Below, one piece after another: positions 12,693-22,242 of a DNA stretch of 44,605 nucleotides. Origin of the DNA: Shigella phage DS8; sequence record MK759854. One strand, written 5' to 3'. Position numbers and translations under genes: made by a program. Position 1 is the first letter of the stretch. Each line of letters begins with the position of its first letter. Below the pieces are notes generated by a model. It did not search any database. It worked only from the letters and a program-made list of their open reading frames with translations, and had not been told where the DNA came from.

Positions 12693-14882
12693 ATGGCTAC
12701 CACCCCAACTAATAAACCAATTCCGTCAGAGGATCCTCGCGACCTCAAGTTTAATGCCGGGAAAATTGACGAGGTAGTGACATCTAACGCGCATTACTAT
12801 ACCGATCGCTTCGGCGTGCGCCGCTGGACTATTGCTGGATTTCAATACACAGCAGAAGAAGCTATCCGTAACTATGGCTACATAACGATGGACAGCTTTG
12901 AAGATGGAGCAACATTGACGCTTCCCAATCAGACCCTGCGTTATGAAGCGAATGGTGAATATTACCGCTGGGACGGGGAATTTCCCAAAATAGTGCCAGC
13001 TGGTTCAACTCCAGATAGCACGGGTGAGGTTAAATTAGGGGCGTGGGTTAGTGTTGGTGATGCCTCCTTGCGTGCTAACATGGCATCAACCCAAAATGAA
13101 GCGCTTGGCGATAATTTGGTTGGTGTAAAACTATCATCTTATGGCGCAATTGCCAGGACACAGCATGATAAAAACGCTGATCTGATGTCTATACAAGATC
13201 TAGGTGCGGAAAGTGGCATTCCTAATCCAGAGGTTGACGACCGGGTTATGGCGGTACTGAATGCAAATGCCGGGTTGTTAATTCCAGCAGGGTTTGTGTA
13301 TGTAACCACCAAACCTCTGCACACCGCAGCATGGAAGTCTTTCAATATCATCTGCCCTAACGGGAAAGCCACTATTAAATCATCTGGTGGATACACGATG
13401 TTCACGCAGGATGGTCCATATCAGTTCCAGTATTGCACTTTTAAAAATATTATTTTCGACGGTTCTGATATTACAAATAGCGCTAACGTTTTCATGGAAG
13501 CTGCTGCCGGTGATCGGGTGGCAATGTTTACCACTCATAACTGTGTATGGCAAGGTTTTCATACTGTATGGAAAGCGTCATGGATTGCTGTTTACCACTA
13601 TAACCCAATTTTCAAAACGGTTAACGACTCCGGTTACATTGTTGATACCCCTGTGGATGACAACAACCCTTTTGCAGCGTTTAATTTAAACTTCATGGAA
13701 AGCCCAATCTTCCTTGATGCTCGCGCCAGAATGTTCTTCCGCATCCTCGGTGGGTTTAACTTCACCATTAACAATCCGTGGTTTGAGAAAAATGAGGTAT
13801 TTGGCGGGGCGTTTTTCTATTTGCGTCAATTCTTTAACTTTAAGATTAACGATGGCTGGTTTGAATACTTTAAAGGTACAAACCTGATTTATCTTAACAG
13901 CGGTGGAACAGAAAATGCTCAATCAGACCATATTATTATAGACGGGTTGCATATCAATAATTCTCGTGAAGATTCTAACTTCAAAGGACTTATTCTTATG
14001 GACCCTCCTGAACACGCAGAGAACTTCACAGACCCTAAATGCGTGTTTAAAAACATAGTTGAGCATAACAGCTCAATGGCAGGTTGGTACTTGATTAAAT
14101 CCGGTGACGATACAAACCGTGCAGAGTCTCTTACAGAAATAAAAAATCTTCGTCTCAAATACGGTCAACCAGCTTGTTCAGACGGAATGACTATTGCAAG
14201 AACACAAGAAGGGGCTAACCCCGATATCATAAATTCAATAAGGAGCTTAAGCACGCAGGGAATTCAATTTCTCCCGAGAAGGTATCAAACAACGAGCTAC
14301 CGCACAAAAAACGGCCTGTGGGAGCAACAGCAAGTAGTTGATAATGATATAAATATAGCGTACTGGAAAATAGGTTATTCAACAGTTCTTGCATGGGGTG
14401 TTGATTATGTTCGCCCTGGTAGACAGAATGCTCAAACATGCGGAACATCAACATACGCGTGGTCTGGTGGTTATACGCAAACTGCTTTCCAAATAACATC
14501 AGACCGCAATGCTAAAATGGATGAGGGTGACATTCCTGATGCTGTCCTCGACGCCTGGGGTGACGTTCAGTATGTATCATATAAATTAAAAGCAAGCGTG
14601 GCAGAAAAAGGCAGTAAAGCCCGAAGACATATTGGGGTCATAGCCCAAGACATCAAAGCGGCATTTGAGGCCCACGGAGTGGACCCATTCGAATATGGCA
14701 TACTATGTTATGACAATACCCCAGCAACAGAAGCTGTTTACGATATTTTAGAAGACGGTACACAGGTACTGCTTCAGGCTGCACAGGAGGCTCACTCCGC
14801 TTACACAGTGCGATACGAAGAAATACTTTGTCTTGAGGCCGCATATATGCGCAGAGAATTATTAAGATTAAAAAACAGTTAA
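12693..14882 (+). CDS. tail spike/fiber protein with C-terminal peptidase S74-type intramolecular chaperone domain
   Basis: 729 aa; AAGGAG RBS; C-terminal ...TSDRNAKMD...HIGVIAQDI... matches the autoproteolytic chaperone domain of endosialidase/L-shaped tail fibers; central region may be a beta-helix (possible depolymerase). Confidence 0.7.
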   Translation: MATTPTNKPIPSEDPRDLKFNAGKIDEVVTSNAHYYTDRFGVRRWTIAGFQYTAEEAIRNYGYITMDSFEDGATLTLPNQTLRYEANGEYYRWDGEFPKIVPAGSTPDSTGEVKLGAWVSVGDASLRANMASTQNEALGDNLVGVKLSSYGAIARTQHDKNADLMSIQDLGAESGIPNPEVDDRVMAVLNANAGLLIPAGFVYVTTKPLHTAAWKSFNIICPNGKATIKSSGGYTMFTQDGPYQFQYCTFKNIIFDGSDITNSANVFMEAAAGDRVAMFTTHNCVWQGFHTVWKASWIAVYHYNPIFKTVNDSGYIVDTPVDDNNPFAAFNLNFMESPIFLDARARMFFRILGGFNFTINNPWFEKNEVFGGAFFYLRQFFNFKINDGWFEYFKGTNLIYLNSGGTENAQSDHIIIDGLHINNSREDSNFKGLILMDPPEHAENFTDPKCVFKNIVEHNSSMAGWYLIKSGDDTNRAESLTEIKNLRLKYGQPACSDGMTIARTQEGANPDIINSIRSLSTQGIQFLPRRYQTTSYRTKNGLWEQQQVVDNDINIAYWKIGYSTVLAWGVDYVRPGRQNAQTCGTSTYAWSGGYTQTAFQITSDRNAKMDEGDIPDAVLDAWGDVQYVSYKLKASVAEKGSKARRHIGVIAQDIKAAFEAHGVDPFEYGILCYDNTPATEAVYDILEDGTQVLLQAAQEAHSAYTVRYEEILCLEAAYMRRELLRLKNS

Positions 14883-14883
14883 A

Positions 14884-14915
14884 TAAAAAACCCCGCTTCG
14901 GCGGGGTTAGTTTTA
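14884..14915. terminator. bidirectional rho-independent terminator between convergent tail-spike and ssb genes
   Basis: Hairpin CCCCGC-TTCG-GCGGGG (14891-14906) with an A-run upstream and T-run downstream. Confidence 0.7.
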
Positions 14916-14918
14916 TCA

Positions 14919-15404
14919 TTAGAAGGGAATATCGTCGTCGAAGTCCATCGGAGGCTCATTGCCTCCTTGTGGGCTTTGTTGTTTTGGTTGCTGCTGTTGC
15001 TGTCGATACTGCTGCTGGCCTGATGGCTGACGTGGTTGCTGACCAGAATCTTCTCGTTTAACTCCAAGCATCTGCATAGCGCCACCCATCTGTGGGATGA
15101 CAATCTCAGTGGTGTACTTGTCCACGCCGTTGCTGTCAGTCCATTTACGGGTACGCAGCTGACCTTCGATATAAACCTGAGAACCTTTGCGAAGATATTC
15201 TCCTGCAACCTCCGCAAGTTTACCGAAGATGACTACGCGATGCCATTCAGTCTGTTCTTTCTTTTCCCCTGTTTGCTTGTCTTTCCACTGCTCAGATGTT
15301 GCAACGGAAAGGTTGGCAATTGCAGAGCCTGATGCTGAATATTTAACTTCAGGATCGTTTCCGAGAGTGCCGACAATAATTACTTTATTTACGCCGCGTG
15401 CCAT
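14919..15404 (-). CDS. ssb: single-stranded DNA-binding protein
   Basis: 161 aa; N-terminal OB-fold pattern ([15 protein letters not shown]...), Gln/Pro-rich linker and canonical acidic tail DDDIPF; AAGGA RBS. Confidence 0.9.
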   Translation of the reverse strand: MARGVNKVIIVGTLGNDPEVKYSASGSAIANLSVATSEQWKDKQTGEKKEQTEWHRVVIFGKLAEVAGEYLRKGSQVYIEGQLRTRKWTDSNGVDKYTTEIVIPQMGGAMQMLGVKREDSGQQPRQPSGQQQYRQQQQQPKQQSPQGGNEPPMDFDDDIPF

Positions 15405-15407
15405 TTA

Positions 15408-16070
15408 TTAAAATCCTTCAATTGGAGTTGATTTATGTTCGGTTTTTGTTTCTTCCTGCTGCTCTGGCTGCTGAGGTTGCGGTTTAGCCAGTTTTGCAGG
15501 GTTGAATGACTCTCCTGATACCATGAATTTTGCCTTCATTTCCTGATACGCACCAACAATAACGCGAGTTGCTGCATCATCACCACGGAACGCCTTGTAT
15601 TCCTCGCCATAGATTGATGTCAATTCTTCCATGGTGGCTGCGTTGCGAATCAATGCAACTGCGTCTTTTGGTGATTTTCTCGCTGCGTTGCCGTCATCAT
15701 CAGCCTGGGCAATGCCAAACATTGCCGCGATGGAATATCTGCGTGCATATGTCATTGCTGATCCGTACCCCTGAGCATCCTTCTTGGCAACTGGCATTGG
15801 CATTACTGATGACATGTACTCGCCAGACTCATGCATTATCGTTGTTTCAAGTTTAAGCACATCCATTGAATCACCATCAATGGCGTTCTGGATGATAATA
15901 AGACCGTTAGCCTCAAGCGCAGGTCGTATTGCATCAAGGAATGACTCAAGGTTTGCGTAATTGCTTTTCAGGTGTGGGTTTTTGGCGTTTTTCTTTGCGC
16001 CGCTACTCATCACCTTGCGAGCCTCAACCAGAGCCTTAATCAGATTTGCTTTCTGTTCCGAGAAAATCAT
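15408..16070 (-). CDS. ERF-family single-strand annealing protein
   Basis: Segment YGSAMTYARRYSIAAMFGIAQADDDG resembles the conserved ERF core (P22 Erf YARKYCLNGLFGIDD, from memory); located between ssb and an exonuclease; ATG 16070 chosen for RBS spacing. Confidence 0.65.
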   Translation of the reverse strand: MIFSEQKANLIKALVEARKVMSSGAKKNAKNPHLKSNYANLESFLDAIRPALEANGLIIIQNAIDGDSMDVLKLETTIMHESGEYMSSVMPMPVAKKDAQGYGSAMTYARRYSIAAMFGIAQADDDGNAARKSPKDAVALIRNAATMEELTSIYGEEYKAFRGDDAATRVIVGAYQEMKAKFMVSGESFNPAKLAKPQPQQPEQQEETKTEHKSTPIEGF

Positions 16071-16087
16071 TTGCATCACCTCACTAA

Positions 16088-17026
16088 TTATAAATTAAAC
16101 TGTTTCTTGAACCACTCAGGTGTTTCCATTTCTATGACAGGATTACCCATTGAGTAACCAGGCCATGAATTGGCTTTTTTGCACGCCTTGTAAATTTCCA
16201 TAGCGCCATGTAACTGAATTCTACCAATGTGCAACTGCTCTTCCGTCAATCGAATCAAAGCAGGAATGAACGGCGATTTCTTTTCCTGCACGAGAAGATT
16301 AACAGAACGTGGCGGATGACCGTATGCCGCAACAAACATATCGTGCTGCATTGCCATTTTCATAAAGTAGCCAAGTCGCGCAGCATGGCGGAAAAACTCA
16401 TCAGGCTTGGCGCTAACTGCTGTCTTGTAGTCAATGATGTCACCACCTTTTGTCAGGCAGTCAAAACGAACCTTTGCTTTTTCTCCGTTAAGTTCACCGA
16501 GAATTGACACTTCAGCATAAGCACCAGCAAGAAGGCTGCTGTAATAGCTGTTTGCGTGGATTACAGCACGCATTTGCTGAATAGCGTCATAATCATTTCC
16601 TTCTAACAGAATGCGACCATTGGCGTTAATTTCAGCAATAAGCCGTTCTTCGTCATAAATCTTCACTGGCTCGCCAGTTGCACGAATGATTTTGATTACA
16701 TCAGCTTTCGACTTACCTGAAAGCCCCTTGATGCCACGCTCTTTCGCCCATGAGTTCATGTCACTAACTGTAACAAGCAAGTCTTCACCAAAATCTTCTT
16801 TGGTTGGCATGCGAGCATATTCAGCATCGAAGCGCTCAGGTTCAAGCAACGCGGTATGGCTGCCAGTTCCGAAGACAAGAGCTTTTGACTGCTCATCTTC
16901 TTCGTCTTTGTAGCGCCATGCTGCTGGGCATCTGTCATATATGTTCCACAGGCCAGAACCATTAATGTGCTCTGTGTCAGAGTGGTATTGCTCATTAGTT
17001 AATTCATTATTGAAATATACTTTCAT
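16088..17026 (-). CDS. PD-(D/E)XK-type recombination exonuclease
   Basis: 312 aa; acidic and lysine residues in FDCLTKGGDIIDYKT fit a PD-(D/E)XK nuclease core; classic pairing with an annealing protein. Confidence 0.6.
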   Translation of the reverse strand: MKVYFNNELTNEQYHSDTEHINGSGLWNIYDRCPAAWRYKDEEDEQSKALVFGTGSHTALLEPERFDAEYARMPTKEDFGEDLLVTVSDMNSWAKERGIKGLSGKSKADVIKIIRATGEPVKIYDEERLIAEINANGRILLEGNDYDAIQQMRAVIHANSYYSSLLAGAYAEVSILGELNGEKAKVRFDCLTKGGDIIDYKTAVSAKPDEFFRHAARLGYFMKMAMQHDMFVAAYGHPPRSVNLLVQEKKSPFIPALIRLTEEQLHIGRIQLHGAMEIYKACKKANSWPGYSMGNPVIEMETPEWFKKQFNL

Positions 17027-17224
17027 TTAATCACCACTGTATTCATATAACGCTTCGACAATTTTTATTGCATCATCAAGCAATGAATAACCATCGCTGA
17101 CAACATAACCACCATCATCAAGTTCGTTTAACTTAACAAGAAGATTGCGTAGCATTTCGCGTTGCCACTCATCATCAAAACTATCAGGAATATCAATATC
17201 CATCTTCATCACCTCACTTGTCAT
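17027..17224 (-). CDS. small acidic protein, hypothetical
   Basis: 65 aa, strongly acidic (many D/E); conserved motif immediately upstream. Confidence 0.4.
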   Translation of the reverse strand: MTSEVMKMDIDIPDSFDDEWQREMLRNLLVKLNELDDGGYVVSDGYSLLDDAIKIVEALYEYSGD

Positions 17225-17230
17225 TGTGTA

Positions 17231-17246
17231 ATTGAATCTACATCAA
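17231..17246. promoter_or_regulatory. conserved motif TTGAATCTACATCAAC within the leftward operon
   Basis: Member of the recurring ATCTAC(A/G)TCA motif family, about 10 nt upstream of the start codon at 17224. Confidence 0.35.
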
Positions 17247-17683
17247 CCCATATCAAAAGGCAAGCCAAAATACGTCAACACTGCAATCTTTATCTGGGCG
17301 AGTCCACACGCCACAGCAGAGAACGCGCCAGCGCTGGCGCTATCGTTGAGAAACGGTATCTGTCCTGGTTGCCATTTGCTAAGCGTTGAATCGTGGCGCT
17401 TCAACTCTATCGTCGCTTTATGCCAATCACCACCAGGAGTCAGGATTATCACATCAGACACCCCTGACCTGACACCTTTCCTTGCGCGCGATGCCAGATG
17501 CTGCACTGAGTTGCTTTTAGTCTCCTGAGATGGATGGAACCACAGCACATCAGGAAACCGATAATCCATCCACCACTTGAACGCTATCAAGTCTGAATCC
17601 TCATGCGGACACTCGCCACGGTAACCATCATCAAAAATTAATACCTTGTCACTCAGCTCATGCTGCTTGAATCGCTTTTTCAC
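17243..17683 (-). CDS. VRR-NUC domain nuclease
   Basis: 146 aa; GTG start with AGGAG RBS 6 nt upstream; segment DVIILTPGGDWHKATIELKRHDSTLSKWQ fits the VRR-NUC pattern; typical partner of phage helicases. Confidence 0.55.
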   Translation of the reverse strand: MKKRFKQHELSDKVLIFDDGYRGECPHEDSDLIAFKWWMDYRFPDVLWFHPSQETKSNSVQHLASRARKGVRSGVSDVIILTPGGDWHKATIELKRHDSTLSKWQPGQIPFLNDSASAGAFSAVACGLAQIKIAVLTYFGLPFDMG

Positions 17684-19604
17684 TATTCTCTCCTGTAAAA
17701 TCTTTTCTGTGGATTATGTCTCGGCCTTTATCGTTAATACGATGTGTGATGCGTTTTGGTGCTTTAATCAACCCAGCATACATCATGAACTGCTTGGCGT
17801 TCTGGCATTTCAGGATTTTCCCCGCCATTGACTTATCATCAAGGTGAGGAAAGATAGCCTTCGCCTTGAACATGTTTTTCATGTGAGTTGCGCCGCCGTA
17901 TGGATAGAAAACCTCATTAGCCCATCCTTCCTTTCCATCACAACGATTAATCCAGTAGCGATACAAAATACCTTCTCCATCCTTCGTTAACTGGACTTTG
18001 AAATCCATAACATCAGCCCACTCATTATCCGTATACGCACGCTCATTCAGTGCCGCATTCGGGTCGCGCAAAACGTGATCGCAATGTCGGCAATAACGAG
18101 CAGTCGGGTCGTTTTTAGTGCCGCAACCATCATCAAAAATCCTGATGCCGTGCTTGTCAAAACCGCAACGGATATAACTGAAAAACTCTTCGCAACGACC
18201 ATCTGGCGACAATGCATCTTTGCCAATGCAGCGGCGCGCATATGGGCTGTTCATTGTTCCGCATTTCGGGCACGGAACTTGTTCACCACTGCGTTTTGAG
18301 CGTTGCGCTTCAGCTTCTTCAAGAATCGGGTCTTCATATAGCTGACCAAGCTCAAACATCGTTCCTGAGAAATCCAGAACCAGATGATCTTCTTTATGAT
18401 ACCCGGCATCAATTTGCTCTTTCTTCAGCAGGCGCATTCCGCGACCAAGAAGCTGGACAAGGAGAGTTAGCGACATTATTTTTCGCAATATTACAGACGT
18501 ATCCCATAGCGGTATGTTTACGCCGGTCGTCAGGCAACCAATTTGGAAAACATATTTAATCTTGCCAGTGTATGCGTCTTTTAATGCCTTGCGTCTGGCT
18601 TTCATGCCCATATCCTCGGTGACGATAGCATAACTTCCTTCGGGTAAATATTTAGCCGCTTCCTGACAGTGTTTTTTACCAGCGCATGTAATAAGCACTC
18701 CGTTCCTGTTTTTAGTCAACTCCATAACCTTGAGCATGATTTTCTGCGTTAGTGTTCCTTGCTCAAGAATTTCTTTCTGCATCTGCTTGAGCTGCTCGGC
18801 AGTAAAATCCTGCGTGCCGTCAACATCTGAACCATGGAAGTTATGCAAGTCATATTTCAAATCATCAACATCATGAAGACCAAAGATTGTTGGCACAACA
18901 AAACCGCGATCTACCATGTACTTTGTATCAATGTTTATTATTTCATTTTTCCAGTACGCACCTTTCATTGATTCAGTACCACGGAATGGGCTACCGGTGA
19001 ATCCAATTGTTATCATTTCATGCCCATATCTTGCCTTGCAGCGCCTGTTAAGTTCAGTAAGTATTACGCCATATTGTGTTGTTGGATTATCACTAATAAT
19101 ATCCTGCCATGGAGCTTGGTGGGACTCATCGATCAGGCAAAATCTTGGGGTAAAATCACTCAATCCACCTTTCTTGACGTCACCATTTGATTCATCTTTT
19201 TTATCAAAAAGTGCGTTAGCGATTGATCCTTCAGTACCGCATATAATAGGGTATGCTGTACTTTTCCTGCCAAGAGATGCGCTATAAAGAGAGTTTTTTA
19301 CACCACACTCCCACATCATTTCAGCATTCTGCTCAGCTATCTCGCCCTGCCTTGAGATTACAAGGCCATCCCACCCCATATCCTGAAATCTACTGCAAAG
19401 CATTGAAATCATCACGGTCTTTCCTGATGAAACAGACGCTGTAACATAGCTTGGTTCAGGTTTCTTGCCAAAATTACGAATAACCTCAGCGCACTTTGCG
19501 TAAACAAGCCATTGGTAATCATACGGCTCTATGGAACCTATTTTTATTGATTGCTTTAATCTATCTATATCAATCTCTGAAATCATTTTGTCTATTTTGT
19601 GCAT
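17658..19604 (-). CDS. superfamily 2 DNA helicase with C-terminal zinc-ribbon region
   Basis: 648 aa; Walker A SSGKT, motif II LIDESHQ, TGSPFR, motif VI LLGRGMRL; C-terminal CPKCG...CRHCDH cysteine clusters. Confidence 0.8.
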   Translation of the reverse strand: MHKIDKMISEIDIDRLKQSIKIGSIEPYDYQWLVYAKCAEVIRNFGKKPEPSYVTASVSSGKTVMISMLCSRFQDMGWDGLVISRQGEIAEQNAEMMWECGVKNSLYSASLGRKSTAYPIICGTEGSIANALFDKKDESNGDVKKGGLSDFTPRFCLIDESHQAPWQDIISDNPTTQYGVILTELNRRCKARYGHEMITIGFTGSPFRGTESMKGAYWKNEIINIDTKYMVDRGFVVPTIFGLHDVDDLKYDLHNFHGSDVDGTQDFTAEQLKQMQKEILEQGTLTQKIMLKVMELTKNRNGVLITCAGKKHCQEAAKYLPEGSYAIVTEDMGMKARRKALKDAYTGKIKYVFQIGCLTTGVNIPLWDTSVILRKIMSLTLLVQLLGRGMRLLKKEQIDAGYHKEDHLVLDFSGTMFELGQLYEDPILEEAEAQRSKRSGEQVPCPKCGTMNSPYARRCIGKDALSPDGRCEEFFSYIRCGFDKHGIRIFDDGCGTKNDPTARYCRHCDHVLRDPNAALNERAYTDNEWADVMDFKVQLTKDGEGILYRYWINRCDGKEGWANEVFYPYGGATHMKNMFKAKAIFPHLDDKSMAGKILKCQNAKQFMMYAGLIKAPKRITHRINDKGRDIIHRKDFTGENSEKAIQAA

Positions 19605-19612
19605 TTCATCAC

Positions 19613-20689
19613 CTATGGCATGTCAGGCCAATAAGAGTTGCTTTTAGATCTGTTCTCACTTGGTGCAAGTAATTGCAAGTTATGCCAGCAGTGAAGACCA
19701 CAAACCAATTTGCTATTTATTGGCACTATGTGATCAACCTGCATACCAAGAACGCCAGCCATCTCATAAACCTTTTCAATTAAAACCCTTTCATGTTCAA
19801 ACCATGATGGTATCGCCCGTCTTTTAAGATACTTATATTTACGCTGATGATATCTAACAACACCCTTGTTTTTCTGTCTCCACTGCTTTGACTTCTCGCT
19901 ATGCTTTTCCTTGTTTTTATCGTAATAACGTTTTGATTTTTCATTTATCTCTGCCTTTTTTAATTTATAAATATTTTTCCTGAACTCAGCCTGACATTTT
20001 TTGCAATCAGGACGTAGTCCATCAAGAGATGATTTATTTTTATTAAAGTTTTCTTCGTTCGCCTCAAGAACAGATTTACACTTAGAGCAAATCTTCAATC
20101 CATTACCAAGGTATCTTGCTCTCTTCCCTTTATTACCAGAGCACTTCTTGCATATGGAACTAAAGCCAAGTTTCATACTTTTATCTGCATAAAAGTATTC
20201 GCTTGTAGCTGGAAGAACGGACCTGCATTTTGAGCACATTTTCTCATTTAAAACTTCAGTTGAAATCCTGAGGTTGCATATCCTGTTGTCAGCGCGATTT
20301 TTGTTTATGTGCTCAATTTTCGCATTCCCAATATTATCTCCATTAACATAAATCCATGCGAGTCTTTGCGCCCAATATTGATTGCCATCTATGCTAATTC
20401 TCAGATAACCACTAACATCAAGACAGCCAGCAATATCTCCTACTTTAACACGAGAACCTGTCTTTATCTTACGCGTGAATATCCAAGTATCTGGGTTGTA
20501 ATCAAGAACCTCCCTTAGCCTCTCCTGTGAAATGTGTGACTTTCTTTTGGTTCCTGCATTTTTTAACCCTGCACTTTCCTGAGCAACATTTTGCTTTTGC
20601 AGTTCCGATAAACTCATTTCCGCAAACCTCGCACTTCTTGACGGTGATAGCCATTTCTTATCCTCTATTGTAACGATTAATTGTTTCAT
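19613..20689 (-). CDS. HNH endonuclease with two HNH-type motifs and internal CxxC repeats
   Basis: IEHINKNRADNRICNLR (HNH_3-like) and C-terminal DHIVPINS...HCWHNLQLLAPSENRSKSN; four K-x-C-x-K-C units between them; N-terminal ~60 aa and true start are uncertain. Confidence 0.65.
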   Translation of the reverse strand: MKQLIVTIEDKKWLSPSRSARFAEMSLSELQKQNVAQESAGLKNAGTKRKSHISQERLREVLDYNPDTWIFTRKIKTGSRVKVGDIAGCLDVSGYLRISIDGNQYWAQRLAWIYVNGDNIGNAKIEHINKNRADNRICNLRISTEVLNEKMCSKCRSVLPATSEYFYADKSMKLGFSSICKKCSGNKGKRARYLGNGLKICSKCKSVLEANEENFNKNKSSLDGLRPDCKKCQAEFRKNIYKLKKAEINEKSKRYYDKNKEKHSEKSKQWRQKNKGVVRYHQRKYKYLKRRAIPSWFEHERVLIEKVYEMAGVLGMQVDHIVPINSKLVCGLHCWHNLQLLAPSENRSKSNSYWPDMP

Positions 20690-20714
20690 TGCAAGTAACG
20701 ATTGATTGTTTCAT
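20670..20714. repeat. 20-bp direct repeat (1 mismatch) duplicating the start codon and first codons of the HNH ORF
   Basis: GTAACGATTAATTGTTTCAT (20670-20689) and GTAACGATTGATTGTTTCAT (20695-20714); each ends in CAT, which is ATG on the minus strand. Confidence 0.55.
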
Positions 20715-20761
20715 ACGAGTAAATTACAATGAATCCACATCATCGTCAACAGGAAGATTTT

Positions 20762-21715
20762 ATGAGATACGACTGGAAGGACATTGAACCAAAAATGCTC
20801 GGCAACTGGCAGGCCGCCATCATGTCTATCGTCAATGTGGATAGCAGGGTTTTCAATGGCAAGCACCAGCCATGCCCAAGCTGTGGCGGAACAGACAGGT
20901 ATCGCTTTGATGACAACTTCGAAACAAAAGGAGACGGTGGAGCAATATGTAATCAGTGCGGTTCCGGCAGCGGCATGAACTGGCTGATGAAACTCTCCGG
21001 AATGAGCTTTCCTGAAGCGCTGGAGGCACTGGGTGGATTCCTGAATATGCACCCGCGCGAAAAACTGGAGGCAATCAGGAAGGAGCTACCGAAGATAAAT
21101 TACAACGATGACTTCATCACTGATCAGGAAGTCGCCGCAATAATGGCTAAAACGACGCGTGTCGCGATGAATGAATGGGCGTTGATAAATGGTATTGGTT
21201 GCGAAGTTAATGTCGCCAGAGGTAAATCTGGAGAGCTTATTGCGGTTGAGATGATGCGCGCTGACGCAATGAAGCCGTGCAACGTGGCATTCATTGGTGT
21301 GGATGGAGATTCATTCAGAACGTTTTTCCGCGCAGGATACAACAAAGACTCAGCCATCAATGGAAAACTCACGCGCGGCGCGATAAGCACAATCGGTGAA
21401 GATAACGGGAAGTTCATTTATCTGGTATCTGATTATGCCGACGCGTGGAAGTGCCATTACTTCACTGGTGCTCATGTATGGTGCTGCTGGTCGCCGGAAA
21501 ACATGTGGGAGGTTGTGCGCTCGGTTAGCGATGGGACGAAGGCGAGATTGCGCTGCATAGTTAATTATAAATTTGACGAACTTTGCGCAGCAGAAAATGC
21601 AGGGCTTCCGGTGATGCTACCCGATGATGCTGACACTATCAGGATGGCAAAGAGAATCAGAAGAAAGATTTATGACGCTGGCGAGTTGATAGAAAAAATG
21701 TCAGTAAGCAGATAA
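20762..21715 (+). CDS. putative DNA primase (zinc-ribbon N-terminus, TOPRIM-like core)
   Basis: CPSCGGTDRYRFDD...GAICNQCG zinc ribbon typical of primase N-termini; ATG 20762 has an AGGAAG RBS (longer ORF begins at 20729); only plus-strand gene within a minus-strand block. Confidence 0.5.
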   Translation: MRYDWKDIEPKMLGNWQAAIMSIVNVDSRVFNGKHQPCPSCGGTDRYRFDDNFETKGDGGAICNQCGSGSGMNWLMKLSGMSFPEALEALGGFLNMHPREKLEAIRKELPKINYNDDFITDQEVAAIMAKTTRVAMNEWALINGIGCEVNVARGKSGELIAVEMMRADAMKPCNVAFIGVDGDSFRTFFRAGYNKDSAINGKLTRGAISTIGEDNGKFIYLVSDYADAWKCHYFTGAHVWCCWSPENMWEVVRSVSDGTKARLRCIVNYKFDELCAAENAGLPVMLPDDADTIRMAKRIRRKIYDAGELIEKMSVSR

Positions 21716-21718
21716 AAG

Positions 21719-21742
21719 AAACCCTCATATGGAGGGTTTTTT
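21719..21742. terminator. bidirectional rho-independent terminator between convergent genes
   Basis: Hairpin AAACCCTC-ATATG-GAGGGTTT followed by a T-run. Confidence 0.65.
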
Positions 21743-21743
21743 G

Positions 21744-22160
21744 TTATTCCTTGAACTCTGGCGCTTCAGTCCAGAAGGCTACATTTCGCAGAGACTTACC
21801 CGTGTGATTGCACCAGTATATTCCTGAGTCATCATACTTGGCAGTAACCTTGACGCGATCAGCATCAATAATAACAACCTCCTGTCCATATTTAGGGTCG
21901 AAAAGGCGCGCATCCTTCCAGTCAGCAATCTCATTAAGGGAAAGAAGAACATATCCGGGAAGATAAGCGCCGACATCAGCAATGTGAACTATGGTTCTCT
22001 CCGTTCTCTCTCCAGTGTAGTCTCCATTCCACTCATAAAGAATAATCGTGTCTCCAACCTTAAAATCACGATCGTTCTTTCTTAGTTCCGCCTTCTTGTG
22101 TCCGGTAACTACAGGCCAGAAGTGTTCAGGTAAGATTTTTAGTTCGTGTGTTTTGCTCAT
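21744..22160 (-). CDS. DUF3850/ASCH-like domain protein
   Basis: N-terminal HELKILPEHFWPVVTGHKKAELRKNDRDFKVGDTIIL matches the DUF3850 (ASCH-like) pattern as I recall it; ATG 22160 with GAGG RBS. Confidence 0.5.
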   Translation of the reverse strand: MSKTHELKILPEHFWPVVTGHKKAELRKNDRDFKVGDTIILYEWNGDYTGERTERTIVHIADVGAYLPGYVLLSLNEIADWKDARLFDPKYGQEVVIIDADRVKVTAKYDDSGIYWCNHTGKSLRNVAFWTEAPEFKE

Positions 22161-22242
22161 TTCAAACATCCTCATAATACCAATATGCAACGCGAATTAT
22201 TTCAACCAAACCATTCAACATCATACCAATCATCTTCTGGAC

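Noticed and set aside
17695-17710. DnaA box-like sequence TGTGGATTA
   Set aside because: Single copy with one mismatch to the consensus, located inside the helicase coding region; not meaningful on its own.
20711-21052. 113-aa minus-strand ORF overlapping the primase-like gene
   Set aside because: The plus-strand frame carries a clear zinc-ribbon primase motif and an RBS; the minus-strand ORF has neither.
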